Source: a virus (lineage: Duplodnaviria; Caudoviricetes). From it: a stretch of 54,889 nt of DNA. The stretch spans positions 1 to 54,889 of the IMG/VR virus record IMGVR_UViG_3300037869_000003. One strand, 5' to 3'. The position numbers and the translations under genes were made by a program. The notes below the pieces were generated by a model. The model was not told the DNA's origin and did no database searches. It was given only the letters and a program-made list of their open reading frames with translations. Shown piece after piece: positions 47,054-54,426 of the stretch (position 1 is the stretch's first letter; each line of letters opens with the position of its first letter).

Positions 47054-47422
47054 ATGCGGTTATTATTGCTCCTATTGGCCCCTGTTTTTGGCTATTCGCA
47101 GCCGAATATAAACCTCACTTATCATGTTAAAGAGGTTCATACAATAGGCTGGCGAAGCGACACGACTACATTTTCGTGGAGGATAGATACAATTAAGTAC
47201 GGAGTGCCATTTGAAATAAAACTAACAAGCAAATCAGTAGTGGTAGATGGATATGGCACATTTAAGGTTGATAGCGTAAAGCAAAAATACAATTCTCCTT
47301 ATTGGAATTATTGGTTGAACGGCGGCAAACAGTTTGCATTAATAGAAAATGAAGGGTTCCTAAACTATCCCATCATAAATAAAAAGAGCCAGATCATAAT
47401 ATTTTATATAGACTCGCAATGA
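47054..47422 (+). CDS. secreted beta-rich protein
   Basis: Signal peptide MRLLLLLLAPVFGYS|Q; DTT, DTI and DSV motifs. Confidence 0.7.
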   Translation: MRLLLLLLAPVFGYSQPNINLTYHVKEVHTIGWRSDTTTFSWRIDTIKYGVPFEIKLTSKSVVVDGYGTFKVDSVKQKYNSPYWNYWLNGGKQFALIENEGFLNYPIINKKSQIIIFYIDSQ

Positions 47423-47435
47423 AATTACTTTAATC

Positions 47436-47942
47436 TCAGCCGATAGTAATGCCTCTGCTTTTTAATTCTTTTCTGATTTTATCGCTCGCCTGCTTCAGTG
47501 TATTTCTTAATGTGTTTCTGTTTATGTCTTTTCTTTCTCTAATTATTTTTTCAATTGAAATATCGTCTAAGTATCTAAGTGTAATGTATTCTTTCTGCTT
47601 TGGAGGCAATGATTCTATTATGTCATGTAATTGCGCGGTAATTGATTTTAAATCAATAGAAGGGATTGGGTCTATGTAATTATCCGCGTATGACAGTTGG
47701 TTGTAAATTCTTTTTTTAATGTATTTTCTACGTATAACGTCAATGCATTTATTTTTAGCTAACGTAAATAAATAAGTATTTGCGGCTCGCATATGAATTT
47801 TCTCCTTGCCAATCCAAAATATATAGAAAGAATGCAGGGTAACATCCTCCGCTTCTTCCTTAGATACTCCGCATGTTTTACAAAAATTCAATAGGTATTG
47901 ATATTGCTGATGGAACAGGTTAATGTATTCTGCCGTAGTCAT
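47436..47942 (-). CDS. ECF-type RNA polymerase sigma factor
   Basis: Region 2 EEAEDVTLHSF...TYLFTLAKNKCID; region 4 IESLPPKQKEYITLRYLDDIS; true start MTTAEY at 47942. Confidence 0.88.
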   Translation of the reverse strand: MTTAEYINLFHQQYQYLLNFCKTCGVSKEEAEDVTLHSFYIFWIGKEKIHMRAANTYLFTLAKNKCIDVIRRKYIKKRIYNQLSYADNYIDPIPSIDLKSITAQLHDIIESLPPKQKEYITLRYLDDISIEKIIRERKDINRNTLRNTLKQASDKIRKELKSRGITIG

Positions 47943-47962
47943 GGAATAAAGTTTGTAAGGTT

Positions 47963-47994
47963 TAAAAATGCCCCCTCCCAAGACTAGGAGGGGG
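47963..47994 (-). terminator. terminator directly upstream of the sigma gene
   Basis: Minus strand reads CCCCCTCCT-agtctt-GGGAGGGGG-CATTTTT. Confidence 0.7.
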
Positions 47995-48028
47995 AAACTA
48001 ACTGTATATGATGAGACACTAGAGAAAG

Positions 48029-48274
48029 CTATTCGTATTTTAAGTGAAACATGTCTTTTGGGTCTGTAAAGGTGCATATTATGCCCCAATTACTATCCAG
48101 TATAAATACTTTTTTGGTTTCTGTGTTTTTTAGCCAGCCATATCCGCTCATGCCTCTGGTGCCGTAGCAGCCTTTTTGCGGACGACAACGAGCAGCAAGT
48201 AAAGCGATAATGACAATGAGGCATAATAAAACTGCATGAATAGATTGTCTACGGTAATAATGTGGTGTATTCAT
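48029..48274 (-). CDS. small membrane/lipoprotein
   Basis: AVLLCLIVIIALLAARC hydrophobic segment ending in Cys. Confidence 0.6.
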   Translation of the reverse strand: MNTPHYYRRQSIHAVLLCLIVIIALLAARCRPQKGCYGTRGMSGYGWLKNTETKKVFILDSNWGIICTFTDPKDMFHLKYE

Positions 48275-48471
48275 TTTATTAATATTTGATTTGATGCATG
48301 GAGTTGAATTAATAGTTCTCCATTGGTTATCTTAGTAATGGTCAGCCCTTTTCTGATGCTATCATACCGTAGATAAAATTCTTCTCCATTAGGGAGTATG
48401 ATGTTTTGGCTGTTTAGGGGGAACTCTTTAAATTCCCCATTCCGTTCAGTTGCAAATTTGATTTTATCCAT
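48271..48471 (-). CDS. hypothetical protein
   Basis: 66 aa, ATGA-coupled. Confidence 0.6.
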   Translation of the reverse strand: MDKIKFATERNGEFKEFPLNSQNIILPNGEEFYLRYDSIRKGLTITKITNGELLIQLHASNQILIK

Positions 48472-48483
48472 TTTACCAATTGT

Positions 48484-48852
48484 TTAAAGATGAATCTTTG
48501 CCCATTCTTTAATATTGTTAGCTACTTCTTGCGTCAGATAGATGCTGTACTCTTTATAAGGCCCGTGGCGGTCGGTTTTATAAACAATAGATATTCTCTT
48601 GAATTGATTGCCAAACTTCAGGGAAATGTCTATAAAAGCCTTTTCGGAGTAACTGGTGATTTTTGCCCCCGTCTTTAATTGGGTAATCCAGGTTTCGTCT
48701 GCTATTAGTTGCTTCTCTGTGGAATCCGCAGGGATTATTTTTGAGACATTCCCTTCCCTTGAGCCGTAGACATACGTTTGAGCTTTAGTCGCTACAAAGG
48801 CTGCTAATAAGCATAGAACTAAAAATGGGATAATTAATACTTTAGATTTCAT
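48484..48852 (-). CDS. secreted protein
   Basis: Signal peptide MKSKVLIIPFLVLCLLAAFVATKA|Q; DST motif. Confidence 0.7.
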   Translation of the reverse strand: MKSKVLIIPFLVLCLLAAFVATKAQTYVYGSREGNVSKIIPADSTEKQLIADETWITQLKTGAKITSYSEKAFIDISLKFGNQFKRISIVYKTDRHGPYKEYSIYLTQEVANNIKEWAKIHL

Positions 48853-48855
48853 GTT

Positions 48856-49149
48856 TTAAAGTTTATTTAACAAGTCGTTATTTATTTGTTGTGTTATGTA
48901 ACATTCTTGTAGCCATCCGGCAAAATAAGTTAGGTCGCATTGTTCTAATCCTCGAAGGAATTTTACTATGACAGAATATTCTTCTTTGTCTAATTGGATG
49001 TTATATGAATTATCTATTTTCTTATCAATTAATTGCATTGTTGCCTTTGCATTAACTTGGATTATCCCCATGATTTGTTTCTGAATGCTTAAGTTTGATT
49101 CTAGTAGACCTATTTTTATGGTCAATAGCTTTATTTCTGCGTCTGTCAT
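48856..49149 (-). CDS. hypothetical protein
   Basis: 97-aa ORF in the minus-strand operon. Confidence 0.6.
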   Translation of the reverse strand: MTDAEIKLLTIKIGLLESNLSIQKQIMGIIQVNAKATMQLIDKKIDNSYNIQLDKEEYSVIVKFLRGLEQCDLTYFAGWLQECYITQQINNDLLNKL

Positions 49150-49159
49150 CGGATGTTTA

Positions 49160-49870
49160 TTATGGAAGTTTTATGTTATATGTATTTGTTTTGTCGTCTC
49201 CAGGAACTAGCAGCACCGTCTTGTATATGCTGCCGTCTAATTTCTGAATTACAACCCAGTTTAATTCTGTCGGTTCCATTACATTGAACCCAATAAATAC
49301 GCGTTCTATCGCTTCGTTATAGGTGACTGCAAAGTTTGTATAGGTTATTGGGAGAATGGCACTTGTTATGTTTATAATCAGTGAGCTACTGTTCCCGCAA
49401 TTGCCAACGCTGTTTAATTGTGCTTTAAGTCTGCCGGGCTTTGGCTGTTTGGAATAGATGATAAACGTTTTAGTTTGACCTGCTTTTAATACGTCGTTTT
49501 CTGGATCATTAGGATTGTTACTTGCATAGCCGATGCTGTCAATTTTAAAGTTGCCGTCCCAGCTCCACCGGATAATACCTTGGCATGTTGTTAAGTTGGT
49601 GGCGGTTAATACAAAAGTACCATAGCCGTCATATGATAGTAGTGTGATCTTAAAACGGCTATCGAATGAGCTATCTATACCCACGGTTTCAACTCTAGCT
49701 GTCTTGGAACTTAATTTAGTCGTTGTCCAGGTGGTATCTCCTGTTTTGCTGACAAATCCGGCTCGATAGTTCCCAATACCGTTTTGAGCTGTAGGTGGTT
49801 GAAGGCTTCTTTTGCAGCTAAAAATAATTGCGGATGCAATAAGAGATAAGAATAATACTTTAATTTTCAT
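49160..49870 (-). CDS. lipoprotein with a T9SS-cargo-type Ig-like C-terminal domain
   Basis: Lipobox SAIIFS|C; ILPITYTNFAV...WVVIQKLDG.IYKTV resembles the LPVxLxxF...FEIERSxDG domain. Confidence 0.65.
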   Translation of the reverse strand: MKIKVLFLSLIASAIIFSCKRSLQPPTAQNGIGNYRAGFVSKTGDTTWTTTKLSSKTARVETVGIDSSFDSRFKITLLSYDGYGTFVLTATNLTTCQGIIRWSWDGNFKIDSIGYASNNPNDPENDVLKAGQTKTFIIYSKQPKPGRLKAQLNSVGNCGNSSSLIINITSAILPITYTNFAVTYNEAIERVFIGFNVMEPTELNWVVIQKLDGSIYKTVLLVPGDDKTNTYNIKLP

Positions 49871-49893
49871 TTGTTTGTTTATTTGAGGTTAAA

Positions 49894-50172
49894 TTATAAC
49901 TCTGTTATTTCGGCGGGTTTAATATTTACAACTGTGGAATATAGCCATATATCGCTATCCATTTTGCCGTTTACTAATGGGGAATGAATGATATATGCCC
50001 TGCTTTCTAATCTATCCGTGTGGATTGTGTGATTTTGCTGTATTGCGAACTTTTTTAAATCATCCAGGGGAATGTCTTTTATCGCGTGGCGTACCTCTAC
50101 TACTGTAGTGTAGTGTTTTTTAATTTCTTCAGTATTTTTAAGTAAGTATTGAATAGCTTGGTGAATGTCCAT
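49894..50172 (-). CDS. hypothetical protein
   Basis: 92-aa ORF. Confidence 0.6.
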   Translation of the reverse strand: MDIHQAIQYLLKNTEEIKKHYTTVVEVRHAIKDIPLDDLKKFAIQQNHTIHTDRLESRAYIIHSPLVNGKMDSDIWLYSTVVNIKPAEITEL

Positions 50173-50178
50173 ATGTTG

Positions 50179-50403
50179 TCAGTTTAATGAGTGATAGGCG
50201 CTATAATCTATTTCACTGTTTACGATGAACACTTCAAAGGATGTAACTATTGGCTCCTGAATGCCTTTGAAGTCACAAAAGAGTATTATTGGCTGCGTTT
50301 CGTATGCATTGTGGTTAATGTATAATCTGTTAGGATCAATGAATGAATCGCGTTTTAAAGAGCAACCGGAACGGTGAACGGTGTGGTAGTTGATATTGGT
50401 CAT
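50179..50403 (-). CDS. hypothetical protein
   Basis: 74-aa ORF. Confidence 0.55.
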   Translation of the reverse strand: MTNINYHTVHRSGCSLKRDSFIDPNRLYINHNAYETQPIILFCDFKGIQEPIVTSFEVFIVNSEIDYSAYHSLN

Positions 50404-50416
50404 GTATTTGGATGTG

Positions 50417-50638
50417 TTATAAAGATTCTAATTTTTCAAGTTCTGTTTTTATATGATCGCAAAGAGAAATAGCGCTAAGATAATCTAATTCATTGGCTGC
50501 GTTAAAAGCCAATTGTAAAATTCGGTTATATTGCTCTTTTTGCCATTTGGCCCCGGCTTTAAATGCATCTCGTTCCTTCTTTTGCGCGTTCAATGGGGCA
50601 TAATTAGTTGCGCTTTGTTCTAATGTTAATTGTTCCAT
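50417..50638 (-). CDS. hypothetical protein
   Basis: 73 aa; AFKAGAKWQKEQ, a motif common in small phage proteins. Confidence 0.65.
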   Translation of the reverse strand: MEQLTLEQSATNYAPLNAQKKERDAFKAGAKWQKEQYNRILQLAFNAANELDYLSAISLCDHIKTELEKLESL

Positions 50639-50658
50639 GAATAATATATAAGAAGGTT

Positions 50659-50691
50659 AAAAAATAGAGCTGCACTTTCCCCTGGCAGCTC
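50659..50691 (-). terminator. terminator
   Basis: Minus strand reads GAGCTGC-caggggaaagt-GCAGCTC-TATTTTTT. Confidence 0.7.
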
Positions 50692-50735
50692 ATTCAGGGC
50701 CGTTAACCATTGCCTAAGAGAAACGCGCCTTCCAA

Positions 50736-50951
50736 TTATTTAAAATAAGATAATACCGCTTCGGCCAATTCATAAGCTATCCCAGCTATTTGACTTCTTT
50801 CGCCTGAATCGGGCAAATATTCGTATTTAGTCGAAAGATGGCCCGCAAGCAAAATAGCTGCATATTCGTGCTTAGTAAGTCCACGAGATATACTCGGGCC
50901 GCTGGGGCCCTCCTCGATCAGAGGGAAGGCTAATTCTTTTAAGTTTGACAT
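50736..50951 (-). CDS. hypothetical protein (AFP...GLTKxEYxA phage family)
   Basis: AFP...GLTKHEYAA...AYELAEAVL. Confidence 0.7.
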   Translation of the reverse strand: MSNLKELAFPLIEEGPSGPSISRGLTKHEYAAILLAGHLSTKYEYLPDSGERSQIAGIAYELAEAVLSYFK

Positions 50952-51005
50952 GGTAGTCTGTTTTATGCTTTTAATAATTTTTATCCCCGTCTTTAATTAT
51001 GTTGA

Positions 51006-51266
51006 TTAAATCATGACTATTTTGGAGTACGGCTCGTATCCCATCCCGTTTGTCAATGCGTTCATTTCATCTTCTGATAGGCTATATGGATTGTTTACCT
51101 CGATTGGGTGGGAGTATCTATTGCCATTATACCCTTTATAATGTGTATCTTTTTCGTCTGCTATTGTGATTAAGACGCAATAGTCTTTGCCTTTTAATTG
51201 AAAGGTACTAAGCAGACTTATTAGATTGTCTGAAGTTTTGTATTTGTTTCCTATTGTGTGCTGCAT
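51006..51266 (-). CDS. hypothetical protein
   Basis: 86-aa ORF. Confidence 0.6.
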   Translation of the reverse strand: MQHTIGNKYKTSDNLISLLSTFQLKGKDYCVLITIADEKDTHYKGYNGNRYSHPIEVNNPYSLSEDEMNALTNGMGYEPYSKIVMI

Positions 51267-51275
51267 ATGTGGAGC

Positions 51276-51497
51276 TTAAATAGTTTGTAATTGTTTGTAT
51301 TGTCTTTTAATGTTGTTCATTAATACGGATATCTCAGTTAGGTCAGAAGTAGATAGATATTTCACTTGAGTAAATCGTATTAAATGACCGCTTCCCTCAA
51401 TTATTGCAAATTGCTGATTGCTCACTTGTACCTCCCATCTGTTAGTAATTTTATTAAGTGCAACCGTATATATCCCGCATGTAAATTCTGTTTGCAT
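51276..51497 (-). CDS. hypothetical protein
   Basis: 73-aa ORF. Confidence 0.6.
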   Translation of the reverse strand: MQTEFTCGIYTVALNKITNRWEVQVSNQQFAIIEGSGHLIRFTQVKYLSTSDLTEISVLMNNIKRQYKQLQTI

Positions 51498-51508
51498 GGT
51501 ATTTTAAT

Positions 51509-51724
51509 TTAAGCATATGAAACGGATAATTCAAAATCCATAATAATATCTATTGCTCCCAATGCCTGCTTCATTTCACTTACTTTTTCTGATGCCATGA
51601 AAAGAACATATGTGATGCAGTCAATGCCGCTATTGTTATATAGTTTTGTCTCCTCGGTAAATTGATTTGTGTGAGAGTCGTAATAAAATTGTTTCCCTCT
51701 CACAATGGTATATATCCCAAACAT
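51509..51724 (-). CDS. hypothetical protein
   Basis: 71-aa ORF. Confidence 0.55.
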   Translation of the reverse strand: MFGIYTIVRGKQFYYDSHTNQFTEETKLYNNSGIDCITYVLFMASEKVSEMKQALGAIDIIMDFELSVSYA

Positions 51725-51794
51725 AATATGAATGTTTAATAAGTTAATAAAATGGGGCTGCTATCAGTATATAGCGTCTAGCTGCCCGTATTAG

Positions 51795-52055
51795 CTAATC
51801 TGCGAACTTTTCGCAGTAAGAAAGGAATCTGTGCGGTTCCATTGGTCGGTGTGAATTTACCCAACCACCTAATTTTAACAGTTGCTTGCTGCTCAATAAA
51901 CTAAGATCATAATCGTAAATGAACGCATTTAGCATTTTTTTAAACTCTTCCTGAATAGGGTAATATTCATTTCCTTGGTTATTGGCCTTTAAGTGGGTGT
52001 GTTTATCTTCCAGCGTTTTCCAGCCTTTCTTTATATTTTGTTGTACAGTTGCCAT
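51795..52055 (-). CDS. hypothetical protein
   Basis: 86-aa ORF. Confidence 0.6.
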   Translation of the reverse strand: MATVQQNIKKGWKTLEDKHTHLKANNQGNEYYPIQEEFKKMLNAFIYDYDLSLLSSKQLLKLGGWVNSHRPMEPHRFLSYCEKFAD

Positions 52056-52061
52056 GAGGAT

Positions 52062-52328
52062 TTATTTTAAAGGTTTAAAAGTATCAGTGATTAAGTACAT
52101 ATGGTCTTTACCTTCGCCTTGACCAATAAGCGTATATCCTTTAGCACTTAGGTAAAGGGATGCGGTATCAATAGAGGGGCTACTTGCTCCAGGGTGATTA
52201 GTAAATGGGATTATAATTGATTGTTCAAATCATTCACTAATAATCTTTACTCTTGCAGGTTTATAATTAGTCGCACCGATTGTTTTTACTTTCAAAACGT
52301 GAAAGTTTTCAGTTTTTGGAATGTTCAT
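52062..52328 (-). pseudogene. 88-codon gene interrupted by an in-frame TGA
   Basis: MNIPKTENFHVLKVKTIGATNYKPARVKIISE*FEQSIIIPF...DTFKPLK; TGA at 52232-52230; the ORF fills the gap between its neighbours. Confidence 0.7.
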
Positions 52329-52353
52329 ATACAGTTAAATATTAAATAGTTAA

Positions 52354-52581
52354 TTAAAGTAATTCAAATTCATGCTCGTATAGAGAAAAAGGGACTGATT
52401 TCCCGGTTCCCAAAACTTTAAAATCGCATAACGCTTGCCCTTCCATACTAGAGTCGTATCCCAGATGTTCTTTTACTGAATAAGCTACATGAATAATTTG
52501 TAAGTCCTTGTCTCTGTAGTTGTCATAATTCTCATTGTCCGAAACAATTTTCGCTATTCTGTGTAATAAGTTCTTTTTCAT
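52354..52581 (-). CDS. hypothetical protein
   Basis: 75-aa ORF. Confidence 0.65.
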   Translation of the reverse strand: MKKNLLHRIAKIVSDNENYDNYRDKDLQIIHVAYSVKEHLGYDSSMEGQALCDFKVLGTGKSVPFSLYEHEFELL

Positions 52582-52694
52582 ATACTGGTTTTAATTTATG
52601 AATTTAAAAGTAAAAATGTTACATAGGCAATTGTTTATGTGTTTTCTCCTCGTCTTTAATTGTGTCGGGTTGGTTGGTATCAAATACAAGGGAG

Positions 52695-52868
52695 TTAATC
52701 TTCCTGGAAGAAATCATGAATAAGGGTAGTATTAGGTTTAATCTCCTTATTCAACTCCTTGCACTTTTTTGTCATTTCTTTTTTAGTCCCAAATAAGACA
52801 TAACAATTGGTTGTCCGGCAGAATATTGCCCATTCTTTAGAATTGTATTTATTTGCTGAGTAATTCAT
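52695..52868 (-). CDS. 57-aa hypothetical protein
   Basis: MNYSANKYNSKEWAIFCRTTNCYVLFG...; ATGA-coupled to the upstream ORF. Confidence 0.55.
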   Translation of the reverse strand: MNYSANKYNSKEWAIFCRTTNCYVLFGTKKEMTKKCKELNKEIKPNTTLIHDFFQED

Positions 52869-52975
52869 CTTTTAAAGTTTAAATAATTAAAGAAAGGAGA
52901 AAAGCGAACAACAAGCAATATGAATGTAATTACATACAGTCCGAAAGCGGTGGGATTAATTAATATCTTTTTCAT
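52865..52975 (-). CDS. 36-aa single-TM peptide
   Basis: MKKILINPTAFGLYVITFILLVVRFSPFFNYLNFKR. Confidence 0.45.
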   Translation of the reverse strand: MKKILINPTAFGLYVITFILLVVRFSPFFNYLNFKR

Positions 52976-52993
52976 GCGTTAAGGATTGAGATA

Positions 52994-53308
52994 TGATTGA
53001 ATGTTGTTTGAATTAATCAATAGAATGTAGGCCGTGTGGATCTGCAACAAGGTCATTATAGTCTGAAACGATCAATGGTACGCCTAACATATCCTCTAGT
53101 TCGTCCAAGTCGTGTTTTTCTGAGTCTGGGTAAGTGTCTGGCGGGTATGATGGCTTATTAATTGACCATTGAGGGCAAAGGATAACCACCTCGCCAGCGG
53201 GGCAATCAGCTATGAGTTGTTTAACGACTTCAAGATTAAACATTTTGGCTATTAAATTATTATCATTCATATATTATAATATTAATAAGGTGATTGAATG
53301 TTGTTTGA
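52994..53308. repeat. 18-bp direct repeat flanking gene 53013-53270
   Basis: TGATTGAATGTTGTTTGA at 52994-53011 and 53291-53308. Confidence 0.85.
53013..53270 (-). CDS. acidic hypothetical protein
   Basis: 85-aa ORF. Confidence 0.6.
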   Translation of the reverse strand: MNDNNLIAKMFNLEVVKQLIADCPAGEVVILCPQWSINKPSYPPDTYPDSEKHDLDELEDMLGVPLIVSDYNDLVADPHGLHSID

Positions 53309-53311
53309 GGT

Positions 53312-53500
53312 TCAATTGGGGTATTTAACCCATTTACGGCCCTTTTTTACGGAAATAATGTCAACATCGTAACCGGAATTATATCTTATTGATACTTTGT
53401 TATAATGGTTTCTAGTTGCGAAGTTTTTAGCTCCCTTCTCTGACTTTGATACATCTATATGTTCGCCTTTATTATTTACAACTCCGTATATATTATTCAT
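53312..53500 (-). CDS. hypothetical protein
   Basis: 62 aa; SKSEKGAKNFATRNHY. Confidence 0.65.
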   Translation of the reverse strand: MNNIYGVVNNKGEHIDVSKSEKGAKNFATRNHYNKVSIRYNSGYDVDIISVKKGRKWVKYPN

Positions 53501-53529
53501 ACTACTAGTTTAATTAGTTATTAGTAAGA

Positions 53530-53697
53530 TTACTGACGTGTATAGCAAACCATTGATCTATTGCTATCTGGGAATGATTTTACCAAACGTTGAGCTTCAG
53601 GCTCAGACAGATTTCTAGCTAAGATAGATTTACGGCCAGATTTGCGCCCCACCTTAAATACTTTATATTTTGGTTGTATTACAGATTGTTGTTTCAT
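53530..53697 (-). CDS. 55-aa basic hypothetical protein
   Basis: MKQQSVIQPKYKVFKVGRKSGRKSILARNLSEPEAQRLV... Confidence 0.6.
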   Translation of the reverse strand: MKQQSVIQPKYKVFKVGRKSGRKSILARNLSEPEAQRLVKSFPDSNRSMVCYTRQ

Positions 53698-53706
53698 ATA
53701 CATAAG

Positions 53707-53949
53707 TTATTTAATAAGGTATTCAGCCGGTAATGTTGTGCAATGAATAGCATAACCGTTTTCTAATTGCTCTATTTCTTTAGCTGTTATGTATTTGCGT
53801 ATTCCATCAATTGCGCTGCATGATTGAACAAACATATCGGCTTCGCTCCCGTTGACTGTTGGAGTGAGCGGGTGATATTTAGGAGCGTGAAAGCCTTTCC
53901 ATATGTGTATGCAACCATGTTTATCTCTAATTATTGTTGTTTTTATCAT
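53707..53949 (-). CDS. hypothetical protein
   Basis: 80-aa ORF. Confidence 0.6.
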   Translation of the reverse strand: MIKTTIIRDKHGCIHIWKGFHAPKYHPLTPTVNGSEADMFVQSCSAIDGIRKYITAKEIEQLENGYAIHCTTLPAEYLIK

Positions 53950-53970
53950 AATATATAGGTATTTATATAG

Positions 53971-54207
53971 TTATTTAATCTTGTGGGCTATGTAGGTGCT
54001 ACAATTGCCACCAGAACTGTGTAAGTCATTGCGGTGACAAAAAGAACTATCATCTTGAATGGAAACAATACGAACACCTTCTTTAGTTAGGAAGTCATCA
54101 ATTTCCTTTATTTCTTCATCTTTAAGCAAATATCTATCTCCATTGATAAGGTAGCCTGCTAGATAATCAGGAAGTGTGTATTCTAATACTTCAATTTTTT
54201 GTGTCAT
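53971..54207 (-). CDS. hypothetical protein
   Basis: 78 aa; LPDYLAGYLINGD..L.DEE motif. Confidence 0.65.
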   Translation of the reverse strand: MTQKIEVLEYTLPDYLAGYLINGDRYLLKDEEIKEIDDFLTKEGVRIVSIQDDSSFCHRNDLHSSGGNCSTYIAHKIK

Positions 54208-54219
54208 GATATACAGGTA

Positions 54220-54393
54220 TTAATAAGGATTATAAAGAGAAGACAACCGGACTTTAAATGTGCCTAATTGTAATTGTGGATTTACAGGCTTAACAGATGC
54301 CATCTTGCCGCTTATGCGAACGACGCTTATAGGAAATTCTTTGCCTCTAGAGCGATACCAAACATTTTCGATGGTATTTAATTTGTTACCCAT
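54220..54393 (-). CDS. 57-aa hypothetical protein
   Basis: MGNKLNTIENVWYRSRGKEFPISVVRISGKMASVKP... Confidence 0.55.
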   Translation of the reverse strand: MGNKLNTIENVWYRSRGKEFPISVVRISGKMASVKPVNPQLQLGTFKVRLSSLYNPY

Positions 54394-54426
54394 ATAATTG
54401 ATAGTTAAGAGGGTTATTGTGTAATT

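Noticed and set aside
47943-48089. N-terminal extension of the sigma factor ORF
   Set aside because: It runs through a terminator hairpin and overlaps the upstream gene; the ECF domain starts at MTTAEY
52230-52232. Genome-wide TGA or TAG recoding, as in some crAss-like phages
   Set aside because: Long genes are intact in the standard code and TGA ends many genes through ATGA overlaps; only one interrupted gene was found
52640-52695. HDV-like (theta) ribozyme suggested by TCCTCGT
   Set aside because: Flanking bases cannot form the P3 and P1 helices
52994-53308. CRISPR mini-array or att sites
   Set aside because: Only two 18-bp non-palindromic copies, about 280 bp apart with a gene between them; no cas or integrase gene in the window
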